A DNA stretch of 64,000 nt, from positions 17,670,001 to 17,734,000 of the forward strand of contig NC_079173.1 in assembly GCF_947568905.1 (NCBI RefSeq). The letters run 5' to 3'. Source of the stretch: Ostrea edulis. Lineage: Eukaryota. The notes under the pieces were generated by a model, which was given only the letters and a program-made list of their open reading frames with translations, was not told where the DNA came from and searched no databases. A program made the position numbers and the translations under genes. This document shows positions 27,492 through 38,629 of the stretch, piece by piece (position 1 is the stretch's first letter; every line of letters begins with the position of its first letter).

Positions 27492-28011
27492 TTTTTAGGT
27501 CACCTGAGTGGCCGAGTCACATATTGCAATTGGTCTGCATCTGTCATTGTGTGTTAATAATCTTAACATTTTCAACTTCTTGATAACTACTAATCCAATT
27601 TTTTTCAAATTTGGTATGAAGCATTTTTGGTACAAGGTGGACATAAATTGTAAATTTCAGGAGGGGGGGGGGGTTAACAAACACGATTCTGCACTATCTC
27701 AAGACACTTTCATATAAACTTTTCTGGCCCAGTGGTTCTTTTTAAATATTTTCCCTATATATTTGCATGTAAAACTTCTATCCCCTATCGTGGTCCCAAC
27801 CTACCCCCAGGGGCCATGATTTTAACAAACTTGAATTTGCACTATGTCGGGAAGCTTTCATGTAAGTTACTGTTTAAGCTCTTCTGGCCCAATGGTTCTT
27901 GAGAAGATTTTTCAAATGACCCCACCCTATTTTTGTGATTATCTTTCCTTTGGAGGGAGCATGACCCTTCATTTCAACAAACTTGAAAGCCCTTGATCCA
28001 AGGATGCTTTT

Positions 28012-28059
<48 letters not shown>

Positions 28060-28132
28060 GAATGTAAAAAGCTTATAGGACAACGGGTGATCAGAAAAGC
28101 TCACTTGAGTTATCAGGTCAGGTGAGCTAACA
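27492..28132. repeat. Two opposed HINE fragments carrying ~166-bp oyster-satellite-like sequence, in transposase intron 5
   Basis: tttttaggtcacctgag start; minus copy ending ggtgagctaa; shares gaaagcttcc.gacatagtg core with 43211-43810. Confidence 0.7.
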
Positions 28133-29408
28133 AAAACTAAATGCATATTCATGTAGAGCAGGGAGGCCTCTACCAAAGTTGTAAATTTCATAATCCCTGG
28201 GGTAGAGGTAGATGGTTCGAAATCAGTCATATTGTGTTAATGTTACCTATTTTATATTATGTAAATGTAGTCTTTCATAAGTTTAGGCACTTTCAGGGGC
28301 ATTTAAGTTTAAAGAATATATCTTGTTTTATACTGTTCTTGAATAAGAGTATCCAGAACTAGAATTTTTTCCAGATTTTATAGTCCTGTGATACTTTTAA
28401 CAAATATTCAGATGATAAACAAGGCCTGTGGACCTTGTTTGTAGATTAAAATGAGCAGCATACCGTTTTCCAGATTGATGTACTTTTTCTGTATTTCTGA
28501 TGCGATGTTAGCAATGAACTGCATCTTATCCTCTGATGAGATGGCCTCAAAGAGAATCTGTTTGGACTGTGGTTCACATTCAATGCTCTCCATTTTCAAG
28601 TGATGCATACAGGCACCAACAATGAAAGCATCTAAGCAATCATCAATGAAAGCAGAGTGTGCTCTAAAACATACACAGGGTACATAGTTATTATTTTGTA
28701 AATAGTTTGAAACAGCAATCAAGGAAATACACAGCATAGGTTAAGCCATAATATATCAAATCCATAATATATCAAATCAGAAACCCCTCAAAAACCAGCA
28801 CTCTTACAAAATTTTTAAATACTGTTGTAGTATAAATACTATAAATTTATACTATTATATATTATTAAATACTATAAATACTTGAAATATTTGACCAGAA
28901 AGGGCATCTTCACAAGCCAAGTGTCTGATTGGTTTGTGAAAATGCAGAAAGGGATGAATGCCTCAACATAGATTTTTTCATACCTGTAACTTTCGATAAC
29001 TCTTTCTGCTCCTTTAACATCAACTCGATGAACAATGTTTCTCAGCTGGGAAAGAGTTCCCCGGTCATTGGTAGATGAAGCCTTGTAAAACTGCTGGTAG
29101 AGAATCTGCATTAAACAATTGAAAATGTTGGTTATTCATAAAAAAACATTTCATTGTCTTCATTCGAATACATGTATAATTCTTAATTTTACAATCGATA
29201 ATCTAAATATCCAAAAATACATAATTATCAATATCATTTAAATGGCATAATTTAAAAATTAATGCTGTTGGTCATTAACAGTACATCTGAGAAGAGAACA
29301 TGCAGCATTTTATTCAATGCATGTTATTCTAGTAAACAACCTAACTATATTAAAACTAAAATCAAATGTAATACAACATGCAATAAAAACAATAAAATTG
29401 AACATCTA

Positions 29409-29499
29409 CAATCTAATTAAAATCTAAATAGCTGCTTAGAATCTGCTACCAAAGCAGTAGCAGATTTAAAATTCAAATCAGCTAATTCTAATTAGATTG
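29409..29499. mobile_element. Second CAATCTAATT fold-back mini-element (transposase intron 3)
   Basis: Termini caatctaatta...taattagattg, inner arms aatctgctac/gtagcagatt; flanks gaacatcta / taacatcta. Confidence 0.65.
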
Positions 29500-32400
29500 T
29501 AACATCTACATCATGCAATAAAATTATATAAGTGAATTCAAACTGAAATATTAGTTTATGCGCTGAGAAGTAAGCATGTCCCACAGCAAACAATAAAACC
29601 ATTTGTCCTCTGTAGCTATACTGTATTAATGGACAAGGGGCCACATCACTCACTTGAGTGACCTTGGCCCTGTCGTTGGCAAGCAGTTGTAATTTTAAAA
29701 GAATTTTAATCAATATTTCTTCCCATAAAATTTTTTAACCTCTTATTTTTGGCCCCAACCTAGTCCCAAAGGATCACGAAATAACTGAAAATGAATTCAC
29801 ATAATACAGATGTGCCTCAAAACCAATATGACCTTACTGACTGTTCTGGTTAAGATAAGGGTCACATGGCCATAATTGAATCATTCAGAACCAAGCAATA
29901 TACAAAATACCACCCCCACCCAAATGCTGAGAAAAATCTCCTATTTAGTTTATTAAAAAAAAACAATAAATTTTTAAGGACTAAAAGCTCCAGAAGACAC
30001 TATACAATGGTAAAACAAAACTTGTAAAAAAATGTCTACCTGACATATTTGAAACCTTGAACTGTAACTTCAAATTGAACGTCAACAGGGAGTTAATTTG
30101 TTACCAGACATAGATTCATCATTCTATGCAGTCCTTCTGGCCTATGTATGACACCTGCTATCTGCTCAAAATCTGTAGCTCCATTTAACATAGCTAACTG
30201 TGCAGAATATGCTCTTTCATTTGTAAGAACATCCCCCCCAAATACTTTCTTTCGGATGACATGTGAGTGTGGGACATAATTCTCATGAATATGCTCCAAG
30301 ATACTGATCATATCTTCATTTTTATTTTCACTTTTGTCATGTAGATCTATTATCACAAAGTCAGATTTCTTGGATAATTCTTGCATGTGAGAATGTTCAA
30401 TACACTTGGGAATATATGCACCATATTTTTGAAAGCAGGGAAAATATTTCGCCAACACCTTCATAATATGGTGAACAAAATTATTTTCTAGGGACCTACA
30501 ATCTTCAATACTTGGAATGAATATGCTGTTCTCAGCTTCTGATATGGATGTAACAGGGGCATCTGTACTTAAGTTAGGGTTTAAAACCCTTCTCTGCAAA
30601 CCAACCATTAAAAACCAATGCCAACTTTGTCGCTGCTTCTCTTTGCTCATATGAGATGGACTTTTCATAATGTCGAAATTATCTCCAATGATTTCAGACG
30701 GCACGCAATCCTCACCTGTATTTTCTTCGAGGGCTTTCTTTTCTGAAATCATCAGTCGTTGTATGTGGTCAGTTTGCCTTGCTATCAAATCATACTTCTT
30801 TGCCGCAGCAGATGGTGACAAACAAAGACCCAACTTGTTGAAAAGATTTATGCACTACAAAACAAAATTAATTTATGTTCTTCACATAATAGAGCAATGT
30901 TTTATTCAAGACCAAACAACACCATGAATGCATTATATTGATATATATGTAATAGTTTTCTAAATGCAATGAAGTGAACAATTACAATTTTCTTTAGTTT
31001 CAGTTAAATGGCTTAATAATCTTCACCATTGTACCTCTAAATTATTCACAAGCACACACAGGTTTGTGTACGTCACGTGTGACAATGATGTATTAAATTT
31101 TGCATAATTACCTCATCCGTTGCTCCACCATTATCCAAAACTTGAGTTACTGCATGATGAAAGGCAGACATGTGCATAACTCGATTCTTTTGGATAACAG
31201 CAGCGATCACTGCCACTGCAACATGATTATGGGGATTGAAGAAACCAGATATTATCTTATACAATAATGGGGAATGTAACTGTAGCTCCAAATCCCATGA
31301 CTCGAAGTTAATCGTGGCTAACTTGTCACTTGATGTCTTTCTAAGACATGACATAGTCTTGGTAGATGAAAGCTTGTTCCTTTCTGAGATCTTTGATCAC
31401 ACAGTTATGGATATTGTCTTGTAAAGTGGAATTGTAGATTACTTTGGATGTTTTCTGGTGGGATTCACCCCTTGAAATACATCTAATGATGTTCTGTGAA
31501 TCTCCAGCAGGGATAACTTTGGATTTCAGCTTTTCTTTTGGACCTCTGTATACAACCTGTTAGTGAATCATTAATAATCCTCATTACTTAAGCGACTATA
31601 ACTAGAATCAGCATATATATTTTCACAAGAAATTTGATTTGTATCCGATGAAATTCTGAGACTTTTGAATACATAACCATACCGCCCCAACCATACATAT
31701 ATATTTTTTTAATTGTATGTTGGATAAAAGGTTATATCCACTACTTCCATACAATATTGAAAAGATATAGTTCTTTAAAACCAAATCTATTGGCTTAGCA
31801 TTTCTTAAAAATCATGACAACTGTCAAAAGCTGCAGTGAAATGCAAATAAGACTATAAAAAATATGAAATTTAGTGTCAGGTTTCAAAATCTGTTTTGTC
31901 CTGTGTACATGTTTACACAAAATATCAATCTATTTATGACAATGTATAATAAATCATACCTTGATTTTACTGGGAGAGAAAAGCTGAATGTTCACTTTCT
32001 TCCTGTATTTGTCGTCGGTCACAGGATTCGATGATGATGTTGGAGTATCCGTCAGCTGAGTGGACTTGGATTCAGTGAACAGCTGTTTTACTTTCCTCGG
32101 TGTTGGCGAGTGAACAATTAAATGTTTTTTGGATTTAGGTGTACATACTTGCTGTACGCTTATATCGCCCTTGTGCTTCAAGCGTAAATCGCGTATCAAG
32201 TCATGCCTTTCAGATTTTAACTTTTCTAACTTTGTTTTTATGTCGTATTCGATTTTACCCAATCTGTTTAGTTTATTCCAACACATACCGCAGATGTAAT
32301 TCCCTTTTTCGTCATTTGGGTGAGGAATCTGATCTATTATTTCTAGCAGTTGATCATACACGCCAAAGCTTTCTCCAAAGATCGTTCGTCTTTGTTTTTT

Positions 32401-32714
32401 GGGCAAAATTCCATGGCAGAGGCGACAACACGGGCTAGATATGGAGGTCGCCATTACTCAAACCGAAAGTGTATGTATGGCGCGATCTGATTGGATGCCC
32501 TGGAAAGTCAAAGCGCGATATTTTGAAAGCTTAGAAACTTGACTAAATCTGCCAAGGGGTAGATGAGAGTAAGCGAATCGGACACTTGGCTTGCGAAGAT
32601 GCAGATTAAAAGCTACATGTTTTGTTTTTATCAGAGTTATGATTTTATAATCATTTGTTGGTAATTTTGTTATTTACAGGGGACAAAAACAATATTTAAT
32701 ATCAGTTACATAGT

Positions 32715-32822
32715 CCCGTGGGGATCCGGGTTAGAATAGGTACTCATTACCCACTTGCTTGTCGTAAGAGGCGACTAAATGGGGGCAGTCCTTCCGATGA
32801 GACCATAAAAACCGAGTTCCCG
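32715..32822 (+). mobile_element. SINE-like family B 5' part
   Basis: cccgtggggatccgggttagaatagg...gtcgtaagaggcgactaaat. Confidence 0.8.
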
Positions 32823-32824
32823 AA

Positions 32825-33295
32825 AATCATTCACAAGATGTGCACATGATGATATTGAACGAGATTGCTGAATGCAAAAGACGGCTTACAAAAAATTCGA
32901 AAGCTCATAATGCATTGAAGGAAGTGATTCTGGATAAACGAATGAGCAAAGATATTCGACAATTAAGTCAATTTTGCCACACTGGTAGCCTTGAAGTTTT
33001 TCACAGCCTTCTTTTAAAATACGTTCCAAAACGACAAAGAGTTTGATTCAGACCAAATGTATACAAGAACTGTTCTGGCTGTCATAGATCATAACCTGAA
33101 TCAGAATCATGGACAAAAGGTAAACAGTAGTGAGTACTGGTGAAAAGGTTTACAAAATTGTGTTTCCCAAAGCAACAGCTCACTGGGTTGCAAAACCAGT
33201 TTACACTGATAAATCCTATGGATGGGTCTCGGTTATTATGCAGCTTGTGTTATTGCAGATCAATCCAGTGCTTCCTATCAAAGAAAGATTGCACT
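32825..33295 (+). pseudogene. C-terminal remnant of a Kolobok-like DDE transposase
   Basis: RCAH.../SKAHNALKEVILDKRMSKDIRQLSQFCHTGSLEVFHSLLLKYVPKRQ/EFD..MYTRTVLAVIDHNLN/YKIVFPK..HWVAK with frameshifts; family assignment from recalled motif. Confidence 0.6.
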
Positions 33296-33752
33296 GATAC
33301 CAGCTCCACCCAGTATGGAATTGATCCAGAATTTATTTTCAAGATTTGAGAAATGTTAACATGGTTACAAGACGACTGAATATTCCTATGTCAGATCGTT
33401 GAGTGTAAAGTGTACTTTAATTTGGATGTACAAGTTGATTTGTTTCACATGAAATATTTTCAACTTTCCTACTATGTATAAATATGGCATTTATGATTGG
33501 TATTAATCCCATTGTTTACCTACATGTTTAGCTATGCTTACTGTTTAATAATACATTAGCAGATTGTTAGTTGTAAATTTACATTGCAAATGTTCTATGT
33601 AAAATGAGCATACATGGTGTAAAAATGTCCGATATTACTTACATGTGCATCAGTAGAACTCTAGTGTGGACTATATGGACTGAAAATGTTTTAGGGGTCT
33701 GAAAATTATATGTGTTTGTCTTTGATTTTGAGAAAAAATGCTAACATTGTTG

Positions 33753-34040
33753 TAGCTGCAGAACTGTAGCTCTCTGACAAAATATTGTGACGGATAGAGA
33801 GCTACAGATCCACCCCTATAAAAACCTTCGATTTACGGCGCTCAAAAAGCTGCGCACGATTGAGGCCTGCTATCGTTGTATTCTTGTGTTGCTGTCACAT
33901 AAATTTAATATCAAAATATTCTTAACACATTTTCCTACTATACTTGTGTCCAAACATACCTTCAAATATTCATTAAAGCCCCATACGAACCGAAAACTCA
34001 CAGCTTCAAATGATTTCGTTTGTTGACGTAGCCATGTTAG
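33753..34040 (+). mobile_element. Solo end of a TAG-terminated Academ-like element
   Basis: tagctgcagaactgtagctctctg... matches both arms of the MITE at 59996-60500. Confidence 0.75.
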
Positions 34041-34204
34041 ATAGCCAGTTCACGACGACGATGACGGACGAAAACCCAATTGCAATAGGTCACCTGAGTG
34101 AAAAATTGGAAATAAACTCGTCTTGTCCGTTTCCGAAGCGATGAAAATCCAACACCCCGGCCGTCGCAGTCAACAATCCAAATGTTCCGTTGGACGGGGT
34201 GTAA

Positions 34205-34870
34205 CAGGTCATGGTAGCTTCGAGATAGAACGTTGGCTTCGTAACCGGGTGGTTGTGAGTTTGAGCCCCGCTCTTGCCGTGGCCGCGTCACACAGAAGTT
34301 GTGATTGTTCCTTCGCGGATCCCTCGGTATTTACAAAAGGTGAAGATAACGAACAACTCCTGCAAGGTTGATTGATTGAATATTGTTTAACTCTGGAATA
34401 TTTCACTCATATGGAGACGTCACCACTGCCGGTGAAGGGTTGCAAAATTTAGGCCTGTGCTCGGCACTTAATTTTGCAGCCCTTCACCGGCAGTGGTGAC
34501 GTCTCCATATGAGTGAAATATTCTCGGGAGGGATGTAAAATAATATTCAATCAATCGGCGCTTACGGCCTTTGAGCAGGGAGGGATCTTTATCGTGCCAC
34601 ACCTCCTCTGACATGGGACTTCGGTTTTTGAGGTCTCATCCGAAAGACAGCCCCATTTAGTCACTTCTTACGACAAGCAAGGGGGTACTGAGGATCCCCA
34701 TGGGACTCCAATTGAGAATCGTGGGTCTTTCGGATATGACCTCAAATCAGAGGTCACAGATGGCATTGGCACGTTAAAGAACCCTCACTGCTACAACCGT
34801 AAGCTCTAAACATGTGGTACTTTTCCTACAACTGGTTACGTCTCAATATCATTGACAAATTCTCGATATG
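34205..34870. repeat. Cluster of nested SINE fragments in both orientations
   Basis: tRNA-like head at ~34210-34290; family B copy (-) at 34365-34704 containing an inverted 3' fragment at 34469-34554; family C fragment (+) after 34705. Confidence 0.7.
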
Positions 34871-35536
34871 ACTTGACGAAATTTTTTTTTTTTTTACTAA
34901 ATTCACACAACCAACCATTAAACACCTATATGCAGTGAAAGTACATCAACTAGCAGAATATTTTCAAATGAGCAAAAATTACAGCAACAATTTTCTAACA
35001 CTAATTTGAATTATTAAAGGGGTAAGTATCTTAAGAGCAATTCATAACAATGACATTTGGTGTTTGATAGGCTCCGTGGTCAACCCACTGGGTGTAACGA
35101 CATCTCATTGTTGGATGCTTCGTGTCCAGAAAAAACCCCAGTAGTTGGCAGCTTATTGATGTTGGGAGAGGTAGGAGATTTCGTACAATAGGTGACAATA
35201 TACTTCAGGTGCCTGTGCGCATAACCTGACGTACAGTTTCAAGCTTTTGATGTTTCCATAGTAACATGAACTAAAAGAGGAAACTGTTTTATGGGCCCCT
35301 GGAGAATTTAAAGATACATATATTTTGAATGCGGCAAAGGCTAACCTGAAAACAACAATCCAGACACTATCAAACGATCAACATTCACATTGTGCTTCCG
35401 AATGGTTCAACATTCCAATGAAATGTACCACATTCAAATTCTAGCCTTCAACACAAAACAGGGACAGTGTGTTCTGCTATGAGAAAACTCTCTTTAAAGC
35501 AATACAAGCTGTAACTGGCGGTATTTTTTCAATTAT

Positions 35537-35943
35537 GTAAAACTTATACGGTACCAATTTTGATGCACCAGATGCGCATTTCGACAAATAATGTCTCTTC
35601 AGTGATGCTCAACCGAAATGTTTCAAATCCGAAATAACTATGAAGTTTTAGATCTAAATAGAGCCAAAAACAGCGTGCCAAACAAGTGGAGCCAAATTCG
35701 TCCAAGGATAAGAGCTATGCATGAGGGAGATAATCCTTAATTTTGAAATGAATTTCTAAATTTTATAACAGCAATTAAATATACATCCGTATTTTCAAGC
35801 TAGTAACGAAGTATTTAGCTACTGGGCTGTGGAGACCCCCGGGGACTAACAGTCCACCAGCAGAGGCCTCGACCCAGGGGTCATAATGTAAAACTTATAC
35901 GGTACCAATCTTGATGCACCAGATGCGCATTTCGACAAATAAT
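35537..35943 (-). mobile_element. Non-LTR retrozyme-like unit (1.15 monomers, 351-nt period)
   Basis: Direct repeat gtaaaacttatacggtaccaat...gcgcatttcgacaaataat at 35537 and 35888; full hammerhead in one copy, 5'-truncated hammerhead in the other; no ORF. Confidence 0.75.
35565..35608 (-). ncRNA. Type I hammerhead ribozyme
   Basis: Minus strand GCATCA-CTGAAGA-GACA(ttatt)TGTC-GAAA-TGCGC-ATC-TGGTGC: stem I with one G-U pair, palindromic stem III ATGCGCAT, AUC cleavage site between 35571 and 35570. Confidence 0.9.
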
Positions 35944-36924
35944 ATATTTCAGGTGCCTGTGCGCATAACCTGACGTACAGTTTTAAGCTTTTGATGTTTC
36001 CATAGTAAAAGATGAACTAAAAGAGGAAACTGTTTTATGGGCCTCTGGAGAATTTAAAGATACATATATTTTGAATGCGGCAAAGGCTAACCTGAAAACA
36101 ACAATCCAGACACTATCAAACGATCAACATTCACATTGTGCTTCCGAATGGTTCAATATTCCAATGAAATGTACCACATTCAAATTCTAGCCTTCAACAC
36201 AAAACAGGGACAGTGTCTTCTGCTATGAGAAAACTCTCTTTAAAGCAATATAAGCTCTAACTGACGGTATTTTTTCAATTATCCAATGCACCAAATAACA
36301 CCTACCGGTATAACTAATATAATCCCAAAGATCTGAAGAAAAATTCGGCTAAATAAACAAGGGAATATTGTTTGAGAGCACACCTTCAATGAGTGTTTCG
36401 TATAAACCGCCATTGTGTTGTATACGCGGACATGGGAACGACGATTGTCGAACATAATCGGGCTGCTGAGACCAAGGTTATATACAAAGACGGAAACTGA
36501 CGCGAGTAACTACACGTGTTGTTTGTTTTAAAATATTACGTTGTTTCATGAATGACTAGAAATACTATGTAAGTGTACAAAGGTAATAATTACGCAAATG
36601 TGCCACTCAAATGAAAATTTTATTGTGAATTTTCTATAAAATTGGCATGTTAAACTGTTTACAAATCTAACATGTGCTCAGTGCCTCTCTTTCGCTTTTT
36701 CCGAACTGGTGACCTCCGAGGTCAATGCACATCGGAGATTACGAGCATGAATTATTGATTCATGAATTCACATTTTTTGCAAATTTGACGGGTTTATTGC
36801 TTCAGATTCACTCTGATTCTATTAAGTGACGTACAAAAATGTATATTCAATCACAAATATGTTGACTATTTGTTCTTTTATTTTTCAATTTATTTACCGT
36901 CAGTTACAGCTTGTATTGCTTTAA

Positions 36925-37419
36925 GGAGGTACTCTACATCGTCATAATGGCTGACTTCCTTGATGAAAATAAAAATATCAGCAATAGTTGTCTATTCATT
37001 TTAAAATTTATTGTCTAGCTGAGTACAGAGGTGTGACTGAATTCCTCAGAAATCAGAGGAAAACTGGTCAAAAAGAGAGGAAAACATCTCACTTTACCTG
37101 GAAAAATATCATTTCTTGCCACTTTAGATCAAATCCAGAGTTTCATTTTTTGCAAATTGAGCAAATCAGAGGATTTCCTCTGAAAAGAGGAAAAATCACA
37201 CCCCTGTGAGTAGCTCAAGAGGTTAGCACGTCGACTGCTGAACCGTAAATAGTGAGTTCGATTCCAGCAGGGGTTTTAAATTTGTATCATATTGCTTTTT
37301 ACTAAAACTGCATTTTAGACTAAATAAAGTGAATTTGAAAGTTTTCAATTTCCAAAATATTGTTGTACGTATCCTCCACTTTTCAATCCATATAACATTT
37401 CTCTGGTGTAGCATACTCC
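36925..37419. mobile_element. Kolobok-type non-autonomous element (TTAA TSD)
   Basis: ttaa|ggaggtactctacatc ... ggtgtagcatactcc|ttaa; RR..YY termini; internal tRNA-like segment at ~37205-37275. Confidence 0.6.
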
Positions 37420-37449
37420 TTAAAATAGGCTTAATGAATAGGTGTGTGG

Positions 37450-37685
37450 ATGCCAAACAGAGATTGATTGTATCTTGTATAACGTCTCTCAAGAACTTTT
37501 CTCTCATATAGAGACGTCACCAAGACCGCTTACGGCCATTGAGCAGTAAGGGCTCTTTAGCGTGCCACATCTACTGTGACACGGGGCATCCATTTTTAAG
37601 GTCATCTCCGAGGACCCGTGACATTCCCACCTGATGCCGAGCGTTTGGCAATGGACCGGTCACTACCTGATTAACCGACTTAAAG
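37450..37685 (-). mobile_element. SINE (family C, shares the 3' half with family B)
   Basis: gagacgtcacc...gtgccaca...gtcatctccgaggacccgtgacattc...gccgagcgtttggc. Confidence 0.7.
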
Positions 37686-38239
37686 TAGCTCCATCCTCAT
37701 GTGACTTATCAATATTAATGGTTAAAAGTGGAAAAACTTTATTAATTTCCACTCAATATAGTTTAATTCAATTGATAACCAAAGAAAATGTATATATATT
37801 GCCACCTTTTTAAAGATGTCAGACATACAAAAACAGAAGTATATATCAACATCAGAAAATCACACATTTTCGTGAAACAGAATAATAAAAATAGATAAAA
37901 ACTTGTTGAAATGATAAAATTTCAATATCAACAGTTTTAAAAAACTGCTAATTCATAAATATGTATAGATTAATCATGGATATTAGGTAAACCAATGTAT
38001 AATAGACATCCTGTTGAGGAAATTCCAGCACAGGAGTTATTGCCCTTGACAACATTTTAAAAATCATAAATAATTGATTATCTATGGAAAATATAAACTT
38101 TTTCAGTATTATTAGTTTACCAGATTTTTTATTATATCCAGTGAATAATATTCCTCAGAAAGATATATTTCTATCATGCACAAAGTTTATTTTATCAAGA
38201 TTTTTGCAAAAACCTATGACGTCACATGAGGATCGATCA

Positions 38240-38335
38240 ATCCTTAAGTCTTTCGCGGCCGGGATTCGAAGCCCGGCCTTCCACATACGGGGCGGGGCCG
38301 ACGTTCTAACCTCTAGGCCACCGCAGCGGTACCAA
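38240..38335 (-). mobile_element. tRNA-derived SINE head
   Basis: Minus strand ccgctgcggtggcctagaggttagaacg...ttcgaatcccggccgcg; related head begins at 63962. Confidence 0.6.
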
Positions 38336-38629
38336 ACAGAGAAGTCATAATCTAGTGATGAAATTATTGAAAGGACATAAAACCAGTCTAATTAATGTTA
38401 AAGTGATCATCTGGCAAAAAATCCGATCACTTTAAAAGACAACGAATATATATTGGAAAATAAACGGCGAATACTGACAAAATTTTCTGGAAAATCCCTG
38501 AGCTTGCGTCTTACATTTGTCAAATGTCTGCACCAGACGTTAAGACTGCATGCGAAACTGTCTATAGACTGTTTGTAAACAAGAGAGGGAAGATTAAACT
38601 CTAATATTCCAACATATCTCCATATAGAT

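Larger units (their letters stand above)
26178..32454 (-). pseudogene. Academ transposase (6 exons, ~950 aa, one frameshift)
   Basis: Exons 32454-31960, 31556-31112, 30854-30105, 29105-28984, 28663-28464, 27022-26178, all GT-AG and phase-compatible. Motifs GDNFD, GGDVLTNER, EGLHRMMN, NDNLVE; N-terminal CxxC...CxxC and internal C2H2 finger. Frameshift near 31385. Confidence 0.85.
23703..32601. mobile_element. Full-length AcademH-type DNA transposon (8.9 kb)
   Basis: Perfect 61-bp TIRs (23703-23763 / 32541-32601, CATCTTCGCAAGCC...); 8-bp TSD cagattaa (23695-23702 / 32602-32609); RecQ-like helicase convergent with a DUF6589-like transposase, the established AcademH gene pair. Confidence 0.9.
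35197..36282. repeat. ~340-bp direct duplication flanking a retrozyme-like insert
   Basis: 35197-35536 and 35941-36282 differ at only about ten positions. Confidence 0.9.
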
